A stretch of 64,000 bases of DNA from Eledone cirrhosa (lineage: Eukaryota), in assembly GCA_964016885.1 (NCBI GenBank), contig OZ024749.1, positions 13,454,001 to 13,518,000 of the forward strand, read 5' to 3'. Position 1 is the first letter of the stretch. Each line of letters starts with the position of its first letter. Positions 1 to 10,854 of the stretch are shown one piece after another. Position numbers and translations under genes: made by a program. A model generated the notes under the pieces. The model did no database searches and was not told where the DNA came from. It was given only the letters and a program-made list of their open reading frames with translations.

Positions 1-1988
1 TCGAGAGTCAATACGTACAGAAGGGAGGAGAGGGGGCACCCCTGTCTGATGGACCGGGTGATTTGAAACGGCTCCGAGAGGTAGCCGTTTACTTTAATCC
101 TAGAGTAGATGTTGCCACTGTGCATGGCAGAAATCCAGCCCCTGAAAACGGGTCCGAAGCCCGCCGCCGCTAGCACCGCTTCCAGGTAACCATGGTCGAC
201 CCTATCGAACGCCTTAGATTGATCCAAGTTGATCAGGGCCCCACCAAAGCCGGGTTCGTTGCCAACCCTCTCTATGATGTATCGCATGAGGTGGAGGTTG
301 TCGTGAATGGACCTGGACGGGATAGCGCATGTCTGCGCGTCTCCCACCAAACCACCCACAACAAGCGCCAACCTCTTCGCCAACACCTTGGCCAAAATCT
401 GTAACTCTGCATTCAGCAGAGTTATGGGCCTAAAGTTACTTAAGTCGTCCCCCTTGCTCTCGTCCTTCCTCACTAGCGTGACCACGCCCTTGGTCACAGA
501 ACAGGGAATTCTCCCGTTCTGTTGCCAGTTGCAATAGACAGCCTCGAGGAGTTCGGAGAACAAGACCGGCATAGCTAAATAAAGTTCGTATGGTAGACCA
601 TCGAGACCCGGAGATTTGCGTCTGCTGCATTGGCTGAGCGCTTCCCCGATTTCAGTGGCTGTGATTGGCCTTTCACAGCACTCCGCTTCGCCGCTCGAAA
701 GACGCGGTAGACCGTCGAGGTATGGACCGAAGTCCACATCCCCGTCCGGCCCCCCGCCCCCTCCGAACAGTCGAGCAAAGTGCCTTTGAAAGGCCTCGCA
801 CATCCGCTCAGGTTCAAGGATCACCCGTCCATCCTGGTCTCGCAAAGACCGAATGGTGGATTTAATCCCACTCTTGGCTTCTGTCACGCGAGCCCAGCTA
901 ACAGCTTTGGTCCCCTCGTTTCCTAAAGCACGTATTTTACTTCGGACAACGCAGCCTTCGTGCTTCGCGTCAAAGAACTGGCTCAACGCCGTTCTCGCCG
1001 CTAACACTCTGGCTACGTCTCCGCTCCTAATCGCCTCTTCTAGTTTATCTGTTAACTCCCTTTCCTTCCTATTTCTATTCGCCGCTAGTTCCTTACTGTA
1101 ACCTATCGAACTTACTCTAATCTCTCTCTTTAGAGATACCCACCACCTACTGTTGACAATCGCTCCCGTCAACCGCATTTTTACTAAGCTACTAATCCGG
1201 TTCCTGTAATCTTTCTTTGCCGGCAAGGACAAGTTCATCTTCCAGTAACCGGGACCCTGTCTATGCGTTCTATCAAGGTTGACCACGCAGGTCACTAATT
1301 TGTGATCTGAATAGCCAACCATGATCAATTCTGGACAACTAAATACGTCCCTATCCTTACTCCTAACCAAAAACCTATCTCGGTACGATCTAGATTGTCC
1401 ACTGCGGTTTGCCCAGGTCCAGGTTGGCGCAGTTGGACAATCTAGTCGAAATCTATCGACCAGGTCGAATCGATCGAGTAACCCCTTGAGGCTGCTACAC
1501 CCCCCTCTATCGGGACATGCCCCTGCATAGTCCCAACGCGCATCTAGGATTCCATTCCAGTCCCCCACTAAAAGCAGGGAACGCGACGTTCCTAGAAAAG
1601 TCTCCAGACGCTGGAAGAAGTCGGCTCTTTCAGCCCCGAAGGGGGCATAAAGACCGACCAGTCTGAAAGCCCCGCCTTCACCGCCTCCGACGTCCAGCAC
1701 CAGTATTCGACCCCCCGGGTCCGAGTGAACAATCTGTACGTCGAGAGCCAGACGTTTATCCAGCAGTACGGCAACTCCCCCCCCCCCCCCGCCTCCGGGT
1801 TGACAGAGAGATGCGTGCATCTCAAAGTCATCGAAGGCGGGAGCCAGCTGTCGTACGCTGCTGATCCGACTCTCGCAAACAACCATCACATCTATACTTC
1901 GTGACCTGAGGTCACTTAGTAGCTTTGCTTGCTTCCAAGCTGAGCCCAGGCCACGCGCGTTCAAACAGCCAACTCTCAATTGATCTAT
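1..1988 (-). pseudogene. ORF2 of copy A (APE endonuclease + N-part of RT), disrupted
   Basis: Encodes LRVGCLNARGL, GDWN, YLDR, SDH and INLDQSKAFDRVDH motifs in broken frames. The start codon appears mutated ATG>ATA relative to copy B. Confidence 0.85.
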
Positions 1989-3801
1989 TTTGGTGTTGAA
2001 AGTGAAGAAAGAAAAGCACTTACCTCTCCGGGTTGTGTAATTTCCATGGCGTCAGGTGTGTTGAGTGGAGGGATGTTTTGTGGTGGTGTGGAGGTGCCCG
2101 AGTGTGGTTGGGTTGGGGTGTTTGGAGTTGTGTCAGGGAGAGGGGAGGTTATGGGGAAATCTTTCAGGAGGACGCGATTTAACGGTTTTAAACAGGGGGG
2201 GCTCACGTCCTGTCTAAATTGTTCTTTTAAGGAACGATAAAGGTCCAGAGGGACCTTTATCATTTTTAAATGGGTGAAGTTCTCTGTTGAGATAAAGTTT
2301 GGCCCTTCGGTCTGCACCAAAGGGCTATTGTTTATTAATTTAAACAGTTTTTTGTTTTCTTTATTTATATATGTGTATTGCAATGTCTTTTTTTGTGATG
2401 CTGTCAATGTTTCGGAGAGGGGAGGCGCAGATTTATTTTTGTTTGTTGAGGGTGGGGTGTTTTTTATTGGAGTTGGTGTTTGTGTGTGGGTTATTTGTGG
2501 TGTGCTGGGTGTGTGCTTTCTTTTTTTTCTTCTAACTTGTCTGAAGGCTTCTCCTCCTTCTTCTTCAGAAGTTGGGGGAAACTCTTCAGCGCTAGGTGGG
2601 AGGGACGTCGTGTCTGGTTTTTTTTTTTGCGGGAGGGGTAGATTTGTTGCTGTTTTTTTTATTATTTGTTTGGAATGCGTTTTGTGGTGGTGGTGGTGCT
2701 GTTTGTGTCGTGCTTGTGGTTGGTAATGGTGGTGATGGTGTTTGTGTTGGTGATGGTGGTGGTGATTTTTGTGTCGAGCTTGTGTTTGCTGCTGGTGGTG
2801 GTGATGTGCTTGGTGGTGTTTGTATTTTGTTTGCTGTGTGTGGTATTAGTGTATTTTTGGAGGTGGGTGGTGTTGGTGTACTGTTTGTGGTGGGTGTGGG
2901 CAATAGTCCTTTTTGGGGGACACGTTTCGGGCAGTTAGCCTTAATGTGTCCCCTTTCCATGCATAAATAGCATGCTGGTCTTCTCCCCTCTACAATTATA
3001 TCTATTGGGGTGAGCTCATCCAGCCAGATGCGATCCGGGATTTGTGCTATTCTTTCGGGCCTCATTTGGACTAGTAGGTCGAGGCCCATTCCCAGAAACG
3101 CATCTCCGGATGCCTTCCCCATTGACAACACTGTGTCCTCGCCCATGTCTATGAAGCCAGCAATAGCCCACCAGAAGTCCATTGTGGGCAGCATTGTTTG
3201 TATTTTTACTTTCTGTGTTCTTCTACCCATGTAGGAGGGATAGAAGCTGTATGTTGTCGATGAGAGTGGGCTTATGGAAAGCTTCTCCGCCGTTTCCTTG
3301 TCTTTTGTTAAGACCGAAATGCTGCCATAGAGTCGGTCCTTTCGTATGAAGAGAATATTCTTCATATAGTCTTTTAGGACCAACTCTATCTCCATTTGGC
3401 TGGGCTGTGCTGGCTTTCTTGTTTCGTTTAGGATTGTTCTGAAGAGAACTGTGTTCTCTGTTCTCGCTTTCTTGAATTCTGGGGGGGGAGTTAATGGAAA
3501 ACATTCCATTTTCCCCCAAAACAATGTGTTTCTTTGCTTCGGCCAGTTTTTCTCTGGCGGCCGTTAGGTCAATTGGTGTGTATGTAATGGATTGTTTTGT
3601 TTTCTGGGCGAAAGTTGCCCTGTTGTTATTTGTATTATTTTCTGTTTGTTTGTTTTCCGTTTGCTCATTTTCCTTAACATTTGTTTTTTCATTTTCTTTG
3701 TTTGTTTCTTTGTCTAATTTTGTTGTAATTATTTTTTGTTCTTCAGACTTGGGGGGCGTGGCAGAGCTAATGGCAGACATGTCTGCCATCTTTTCCGCCA
3801 T
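1985..3801 (-). pseudogene. ORF1 of copy A (nucleic-acid-binding protein with CCHC knuckle), frameshifted
   Basis: ORF pieces 3223-3828, 2592-3524 and 1985-2407 together align to the intact 597-aa ORF1 of copy B. Contains CYLCMERGHIKANC. Confidence 0.85.
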
Positions 3802-4004
3802 GCTGCCAAGAACGAAATTTTTCGGCAAAATTAGATATTTATTTTACCCCCTAAAAAGGGGGTAAATGCAAAAATGTTTCCCTAAATAACAGGGGGTAGT
3901 GTTCCAAATGTGTTGCACTGAAAAATTTATCCGGTACTTACAATAGTAAGGGTAAATCCCGATAGAATAGCGGAGCCGATGTGAAGCGTGTCTTACTCTA
4001 TCAA

Positions 4005-4024
4005 GATAGATAGATAGATAGATA
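4005..4024. repeat. (GATA)n tract between Tx1 copies A and B
   Basis: Read directly. Confidence 0.95.
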
Positions 4025-4288
4025 TGTTTCTTTTATTTGCCACTAGGGCATCAAAAGTGGGACAAGTACAAAGGGGGGAGTTTACACAAAAAGGCGTCCT
4101 CAATAAGGAGGAGGCAATAACAAAATATAAAAATAAAATAAGATATAACAAAAAATAAAATTTTTAACAAAATCCTCAATAGAGAGGAGGCGCCTTGGGG
4201 GGTCGCACACACCCCCGAAAAAAGTGTGCAACCCTTCTCCTCAGGAGCACAGAGAAGGGGTGCTCCCTTGGTCTTTCATCTTCCTCAC

Positions 4289-7200
4289 CTATAGTCTGAT
4301 GTAGAGTGAAGGCCCATTCACACGGGCCATTCTCGCCACTTTCACCCATCTTTCATAGAAACGGCTGGGGTGCAGCACCTCTCTCTTCATCCTGATCCTT
4401 CTTCCGAAATGATATCGGAAGAAACGGACCAGTTGTTGGCCAGAGAGAAAGGTGCCTGACCTCAGTCCTTTCAGACGCGTCCACCATACAACCTCTTTCG
4501 CCATGGCTATTACGCACAGAAACACCGCCTCTGCTTCATCTTTGAAGGGGGAGGCGGCTTGATCATTACAATAGACTCGGTGGTCAACCGGATCGGTCCC
4601 ACCCTTGACAGCAGTTGTTCGACATAGCCCCACAGATCGGCTACGCCCGAGCAGTGTACCAATGCGTGTGCAACGGTTTCCTCGTCGCACACGCATCTGG
4701 GACAGATCTTTTTGGCGGGGTCCCTACCCGGGCGCCCGTGTCTGTAGAGCCTTTCTCGAACGGGTAAAGCCCCTCGGTAGCACTGCCAGGCCAGGGACTT
4801 CTGGAAGTTGTCCATAGGTCCCGGGCTGAATGTCCTACCGAACAGGCTGGCCAGTTCGTCCTCCTCCATGTCTAGGGCTTCTCCGAGGGCGTCGTCGCAC
4901 CTGCTGCGTACCAGCCCTCTATAGAATGTTGCGGTGGAGTCTCCACTGATAACCGGATCCGCCTGCCAGAGGGCGGTGAGCGCCTGGGCACACTCAGTGT
5001 GCCAGGCGCCCAGTTTTCTCGGTCTTTGCTTGACCCAGGATTGCAGCTCGGTGAGTGAGACGAGTCTGGGAAAGGTTCGTCTCACAAACGAGGCCCACAC
5101 CGGTTGTCCGGTGAGGGATACGTAGAGGTGCCGTAGCCTTAATGCGTGTTTACGCATCATTAGCCACGGCATCCCCAGCCCTCCTTTCGAAGGGTGTTGA
5201 CAGCAGATGGATCTCCTCACCATAGGAGCCCGCCTCTTCCAAAGGAATTGGAAGAGCGCGCGCTCCATCTTGGTGAGGGTTTCCCTTGGGCAGGGCACTA
5301 CGGTCAGGGGGTAGTAGATGACGGACGCTATGTAGGTGTTCGCCACATCCGCCCGACCTTTCAGGGATAGTTTGCAACTGGCCCACTTCTGGGTCAGTGC
5401 AAACACCCTGTCGTAACCTCCGCCCAGTTTTTCTCCACCTGGAGGTCCGGTCCGAACCAGACCCCGAGCAACTTCACCGGGCCCTCCGTCCAGCGTCCGA
5501 CGACGCCATCGGAGGGCATCGGTCTGCCCCTCCACGTGCCGAGTTGCAAACCGATCGACTTGTCCCGGTTCAGCTTAGCCCCTGTGAACTTTTCGTACTC
5601 CTCCAGTAAGGTGCCGACCGCCTCGATTTCGGAGGCCGTCGACACCATTACTGTCACGTCATCGGCGTAGGCCGACACCGCTTTCCGCAATCCCGGTTCC
5701 AAAGGGATGCCCTGCAACAACTCCAACTTCCGCAGTAGTGGCTCGAGAGTCAACACATACAGAAGGGAGGAGAGAGGGCACCCTTGTCGGATGGACCGCG
5801 CGATTTTGAACGGCTCCGAGAGGTAGCCGTTCACCTTGACCCTAGAGCAGATGCGGCTGCTGTGCATAGCAGTGATCCAGCCCCTGAAAACGGGTCCGAA
5901 GCCTGCCGCCGCTAGCACCGCATCCAGGTAACCATGGTCGACCCTATCGAACGCCTTAGATTGATCCAAGTTGATCAGAGCCCCACCAAAGCCGGGTTCG
6001 TTCCCAACCCTCTCTATGATGTATCGCATGAGGTGGAGGTTGTCATGGATGGACCTGGACGGGATAGCGCATGTCTGCGCATCTCCCACCAGGTTGCCCA
6101 CGACAAGCGCCAACCTCTTTGCTAGCACCTTGGCCAAAATCTGTAACTCTGTATTTAGCAGTGTTATGGGCCTGAAGTTACTTATTTCGTCCCCCTTGTT
6201 CTCGTCCTTCCTCACTAGCGTGACTACGCCCTTGGTCACAGTACAGGGAATTCTCCCGTTCTGTTGCCAGTTGCAGTAGACCGCCTCGAGGAGATCGGGG
6301 AACAAGTCCGGCATAGCTAGATATAATTCGTAAGGAAGACCATCGAGACCCGGGGATTTGCGTTTGCCGCATTGGCTCAGCACGTCCTCTATCTCAGCGG
6401 CCGAAATCGGCTCCTCGCAGGACTTCGCCTCCCTGTCCGAGAGGCGCGGCAGGCCGTCGAGGTATGGACCGAAGTCCACGTTCCCAACCGGCTCCCCGCC
6501 CCTCCCGAACAGTCGGGCAAAGTGCCTTTGAAAGGCCTCACACATCTGCTTAGGCTCAAGAATCGCCCGTCCATCCAGGTCTCGCAAAGACCGGATGGTG
6601 GATTTAGTTCCACTGTTGGCCTCTGTCACGCGGGCCCAGCTAACAGCTTTGGTCCCCTCGTTCCCTAGAGCACGTATTTTACTTCGGACAACGCAGCCTT
6701 CGTGCTTCGCGTCGAAAAACTGGCTCAAAGCCGTTCTCGACGCTAGCACTCTGGCCACGTCGCCGCTTCTAATTGCCTCTTCTACTCTATCTATTAGCTC
6801 CCTTTCCTTCCTATTCCTATCCGCAGCTAGAACCTTACTAAATTCTATCGAGACTACTCTAATCTCTCTCTTTAGAGATACCCACCACCTGCTGTTGACG
6901 ATCGCTCCAGTCAACCGTTCCTTAACTAACGTACTAATCCGATTCCTGTAGGCTCTACTTGCCGGCAAGGACAAGTTGAGCTTCCAGTAACCGGGGCCCT
7001 GTCTATGAGTTCTGTCAAGGTTGACCATGCAGGTCACTAATTTGTGGTCTGAATATCCAACCATGCGCATTTTTGGACAACTTAAAAAGTCCTTATCCTT
7101 AATTCTAACTAAGAACCTATCTAGGTACGACCTAGATGATCCGCTACGATTTGCCCAAGTCCAGGTTGGCGCAGTCGGAAAATCTAGTCGATATCTATCG

Positions 7201-7724
7201 GCCAGGTCAAATCAACCGATTAACCCTTTGAGGCTATTACACCCCTCTCTATCGGGGCAGGCCCCTACGTAGTCCCAGCGTGCATCTAGGATACCATTCC
7301 AGTCCCCCACTAATAGCAAGGAGCGGGACGTCCCTAGAAAAGTCTCCAGACGATGGAAGAAGTCCGGCCGCATTGACCCGAAAGGGCCGTAGGCGGCTAC
7401 CAACCTAAACGCTCCGCCTTTACCACTGCCAAGGTCCAGAACCACTAGTCGACCCTCCGGGTCCAAATGTACCATCTGTGTTGCGAGACCCAGATGTTTT
7501 TGCAGCAGAACGACAACTCCACCCCCACCTCCGGGCTGACAGAGAGATGCGTGCATCTCAAAGTCATCAAAGGTGGGGGCCAGCTGTCGCACGTTGCTGA
7601 TCCGGGCCTCGCAAATAACCATCACATCTATACGTTGTGACCTGAGGTCATTTAGAAGCATTGCTTGCTTCCAAGTTGAGCCCAGGCCACGCGCATTTAA
7701 ACAGCCTACTCTTAGCATAGCCAT
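4289..7724 (-). pseudogene. ORF2 of copy B: APE endonuclease - reverse transcriptase - C-terminal Cys motif; one nonsense codon and two frameshifts
   Basis: Motifs LNARGL, GDWN, SDH, PGLDG, RPITLLN, KAFDRVDH, RQGCPLS, YADD and CPRC..ETVAHALVHC. In-frame TGA at 7212-7214 (CGA in copy A). 1-bp deletions near 5410 and 4548 relative to copy D. Confidence 0.92.
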
Positions 7725-7748
7725 GTTGGTGGTGAAGAGAAAAGGCAC

Positions 7749-9542
7749 TTACCTCTCTGCGTCCCGGGTATCGGGCTGCACAATTTCCATTAGGGTGGGG
7801 GATGGGTTGTTGGGTGGGGTGGTGGTTTGTGGAAGTGTGGGGGCATCAGTGTGTTGTGTGGTTGGGGAGCTTGGAGTTGTGTGGGTGTTTGGGGAGGGGG
7901 TGGGATAGTTTTTTAGGAGGACGCGGTTAATGGGCCCGACGCAGGGGGGACCCACGTCTTCTTTAAAATTGTTTTTTAAAGTTTTATAGGTGTCCTGTGG
8001 GGCCTTAATCATTTTGAGGTGGGGGAAATCCCCTGCCTGGGTGAAGTTAGGCCCTTGTGTTTTTATTAGATTGTTGTTGTACACAATGTTTAACAGTTTT
8101 TTGTTTCTTGTATTTATGTATGTGTATGCATGTTTTTGTTTTTGTGTGGTGTTTTTTGTTTGCTGTTGTTGTGAGCTCTTTTGTGTTGGTGTCAGTGTTA
8201 TGTTTTGGGGAGGGTTTTTTTTCATTTGTGTGTCTGAGGTGTGTTTTCTTTTTTTTCTTTTGATTGTGTGGAAGTGCTCCTCCTCGTCTGACGACGAACT
8301 AGGGTCATCTTCCGCGTTGGAGGGGAGGGGTATATTTTCGGGTTGTGTTTGCGGTACTGGTGTTTTGGAAATTGTTTTTGTTTTTTGAGTGGAGGGGATG
8401 GGTTGGACATTGTTTTGTTTTGGTTTGAGCTGTGGTGGTTGTTTTTGTAGTGGTAGTTGTGGTGATTGTGTTGGTTGTGCAGTTGTTGGTGGTGTAGGCA
8501 GGATTGGGGTTTTCTTATTAAGTTGGGGACAGACAGCCCTCAGGTGACCTCTGGTTCCGCAGAGGTAACACGAGGGCCGTCTACCCTCAACGGTAATGTT
8601 GATGAAGGTTAGATCATCCAGTATGACGCGTTCAGGGATCTGGGCGATCCTTTCGGGCCTCATTTGAACTACAAGTTCGAGGCTCGTTCCACTGAACGCG
8701 TCACCCGATGCCTTTCCCATGGACACCAGCATGTCATCCTCCAGGTCCAGAAAACCTGTCAAAACCCACCATATGTCCATAATCGGCAGGATGGTGTGGA
8801 TTTTTATTTTTTGTGTTCTTCTACCCATGTACGTAGGGTTGAAGGTGTATGCGGTGGATGTGATTGGTTTGATGGACAGTTTCACTGCTGTGTCCCTGTC
8901 CTTCATGAGAATGGATAGACTCCCGTAGAGTCTATCCTTCTGAATGAAGGTGATGTCCTTCATGACGTCTTTTAAAACCAGCTCTATCTCGCTCTGTGAT
9001 GGTTGAGCTGGTTTTTTACTTTTGTTCGAGATTGTCCTAAACATGACCGTGTTTAGGAGTCTCTGGCTTTTTAGTTCCGGGGGGGAATGGATTGTGAATG
9101 AACCATTTTCCCCGTACACTATATATTTTTTCGCATCCGCCAGTAGCTCCTTCGCTTTTGTTATATCTACTGGCAGATAGTCGAGGGTTTTCCTTGTCGT
9201 CTCGGCGAAGGAGAAATTTTGTTTGTTTGTGTTGTTGTTGTCGTTGGTGGTGTTGTTGTTATCATTGTTGTTGTTGTCACCGTTATTGGTCTTGTTGTTG
9301 TTGTTATTGTTATTGTTATTGGTGTTGTTTTCGTCCGTCGCATTGTTGTTGTTGTTGCTGTTGCTGCTGGTTCTTTGGGTTGTTGCCATGGCAACGTCAA
9401 GTTGTCGGTTAACAGGTGGAGAGAATTCTTCCTCTGGCTGACCTTTCTTCTTGACCTCTGCTACTGTGACAGTGGCAGGGGGAAGCTGTAAGTTCATCTT
9501 CCCCTTTCCTCCTTCGAATTTTGGTGAAGAAGCTTCGGCCAT
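7749..9542 (-). CDS. Intact ORF1 (597 aa) of Tx1-like copy B; Asn-rich N-terminus, putative RRM-like region, CCHC zinc knuckle, Pro/Thr/Gln-rich linker, conserved C-terminal block
   Basis: Open frame with CYLCGTRGHLRAVC. Homologous to the ORF1 remnants in copies A and D and lies directly upstream of ORF2. Confidence 0.88.
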   Translation of the reverse strand: MAEASSPKFEGGKGKMNLQLPPATVTVAEVKKKGQPEEEFSPPVNRQLDVAMATTQRTSSNSNNNNNATDENNTNNNNNNNNNKTNNGDNNNNDNNNTTNDNNNTNKQNFSFAETTRKTLDYLPVDITKAKELLADAKKYIVYGENGSFTIHSPPELKSQRLLNTVMFRTISNKSKKPAQPSQSEIELVLKDVMKDITFIQKDRLYGSLSILMKDRDTAVKLSIKPITSTAYTFNPTYMGRRTQKIKIHTILPIMDIWWVLTGFLDLEDDMLVSMGKASGDAFSGTSLELVVQMRPERIAQIPERVILDDLTFINITVEGRRPSCYLCGTRGHLRAVCPQLNKKTPILPTPPTTAQPTQSPQLPLQKQPPQLKPKQNNVQPIPSTQKTKTISKTPVPQTQPENIPLPSNAEDDPSSSSDEEEHFHTIKRKKRKHTSDTQMKKNPPQNITLTPTQKSSQQQQTKNTTQKQKHAYTYINTRNKKLLNIVYNNNLIKTQGPNFTQAGDFPHLKMIKAPQDTYKTLKNNFKEDVGPPCVGPINRVLLKNYPTPSPNTHTTPSSPTTQHTDAPTLPQTTTPPNNPSPTLMEIVQPDTRDAER

Positions 9543-9760
9543 TTAAAAAAATATTGACTTTTCAACAAGAAAAAACTTTTTTTTTTTGTTTAACTATTTC
9601 GCCTAAAGGCGTAGAATATTTTGAGAGACTGACCAGATCAAAGTTTGACCTGGCAGTCCCTCTACAAAATGGTACAAAAATTAAAGTTATCAGACAAGAA
9701 TTTCTATAGAAATTTAAACAGAACTTACTCAGCAAGTTATACGCGTGTGTCCATCCCAGA

Positions 9761-9766
9761 GATAGT

Positions 9767-9856
<90 letters not shown>
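9761..9856. repeat. (GATA)n tract between copies B and C
   Basis: Read directly. Confidence 0.95.
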
Positions 9857-10523
9857 TTCTTTATTAGCCACAAGGGCGCAACAAGAAAGGGGACAATACA
9901 AAGACACATGCCGGGGATTTTACATACGATCGTGTAAAAAATATAAAACAAACAATTATAACAACCGAAATCCCCAATAGGGGGGAAACGCCACAAATGG
10001 GTTGTTTAATACCCCGTCGATAGAATAACCCTCAACTTCAGGAGCGTGTTGTGCAAGTGATCCTTTCTTCCTTTTGCTCTCTTCTTTAACCTACAGGCTT
10101 ATAAACAGAGAAGGCCCAATCACTCGGGCCATTTTCGCTTTATTGACCCACCTTTCAGTAAATTTACTGGGGTGCAGTGCCTCTCTCTCTACTCTGATTC
10201 TCCTTCTAAAGTGATAAGCGATACTTAAAGAAGGGAATCAATTGTTGTCCGGAGAGAAAGGCATCTGTCCTCAGTCCTCTCAATCTCGTCCACCATATAA
10301 CCTCTTTCACCATAGCCACTGTACAGAGGAAAACCGCCTCTCTTTCGTTTTTGAAAGAGGCTGGCGGTTTGATCCTTACTATGGACTCGGCAGTCAACTG
10401 GATTTGTCCCATACGCGACAGCAGTTGTTCTGCATAGTTCCACAGGTCGGTTACGCCCGGGCAGTGTACAATTGCGTGCAAGACGGTTTCAATGTGCTGC
10501 TCGCATCTTGGACACGTCCTCAC

Positions 10524-10524
<1 letters not shown>
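9857..10524 (-). mobile_element. 5'-truncated Tx1-like copy C (second subfamily)
   Basis: Encodes the ORF2 C-terminus CPRC..ETVLHAIVHC...VIWWTRL. Its 3'UTR is near-identical to 33831-34060 and differs from copies B and D. Confidence 0.9.
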
Positions 10525-10568
<44 letters not shown>

Positions 10569-10577
10569 TATAGATAT

Positions 10578-10622
<45 letters not shown>

Positions 10623-10631
10623 TAGATAGAT
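10525..10631. repeat. (GATA)n/(GACA)n tract between copies C and D
   Basis: Read directly. Confidence 0.95.
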
Positions 10632-10854
10632 GAATTTCTATTTATTTGCCACGAGGGCACAAAAGAAAGGGACACATACATGGGTGGGGGGGGGGGGTAC
10701 ATAGAAATCGAGTAAAAAAAATATTATAACAAAAAGGTCCTCAATAGGGAGGGATCGTTTTGGGGTCACACACACCCCCGAAAAAAAAATGTGCGACCCT
10801 TCTCTACGGGGGCACAAAGAGAGGGTGCTCCCTTCTTCCTTCATCCTTTTCCAC

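Larger units (their letters stand above)
1..4004 (-). mobile_element. Tx1-like non-LTR retrotransposon copy A (5' end present, 3' part runs off the window), degenerate
   Basis: Collinear with copy B through ORF1, EN and RT. Its 5' end abuts (GATA)n at 4005-4024. Confidence 0.9.
4025..9760 (-). mobile_element. Full-length (~5.7 kb) Tx1-like non-LTR retrotransposon copy B
   Basis: 5'UTR, ORF1, ORF2, structured 3'UTR and AATAAA near the 3' end. GATA tracts on both sides. Confidence 0.93.

Noticed and set aside
7212-7214. In-frame TGA in ORF2 as programmed readthrough or selenocysteine
   Set aside because: Copy A has CGA (Arg) at this position, so simple CpG decay explains it.
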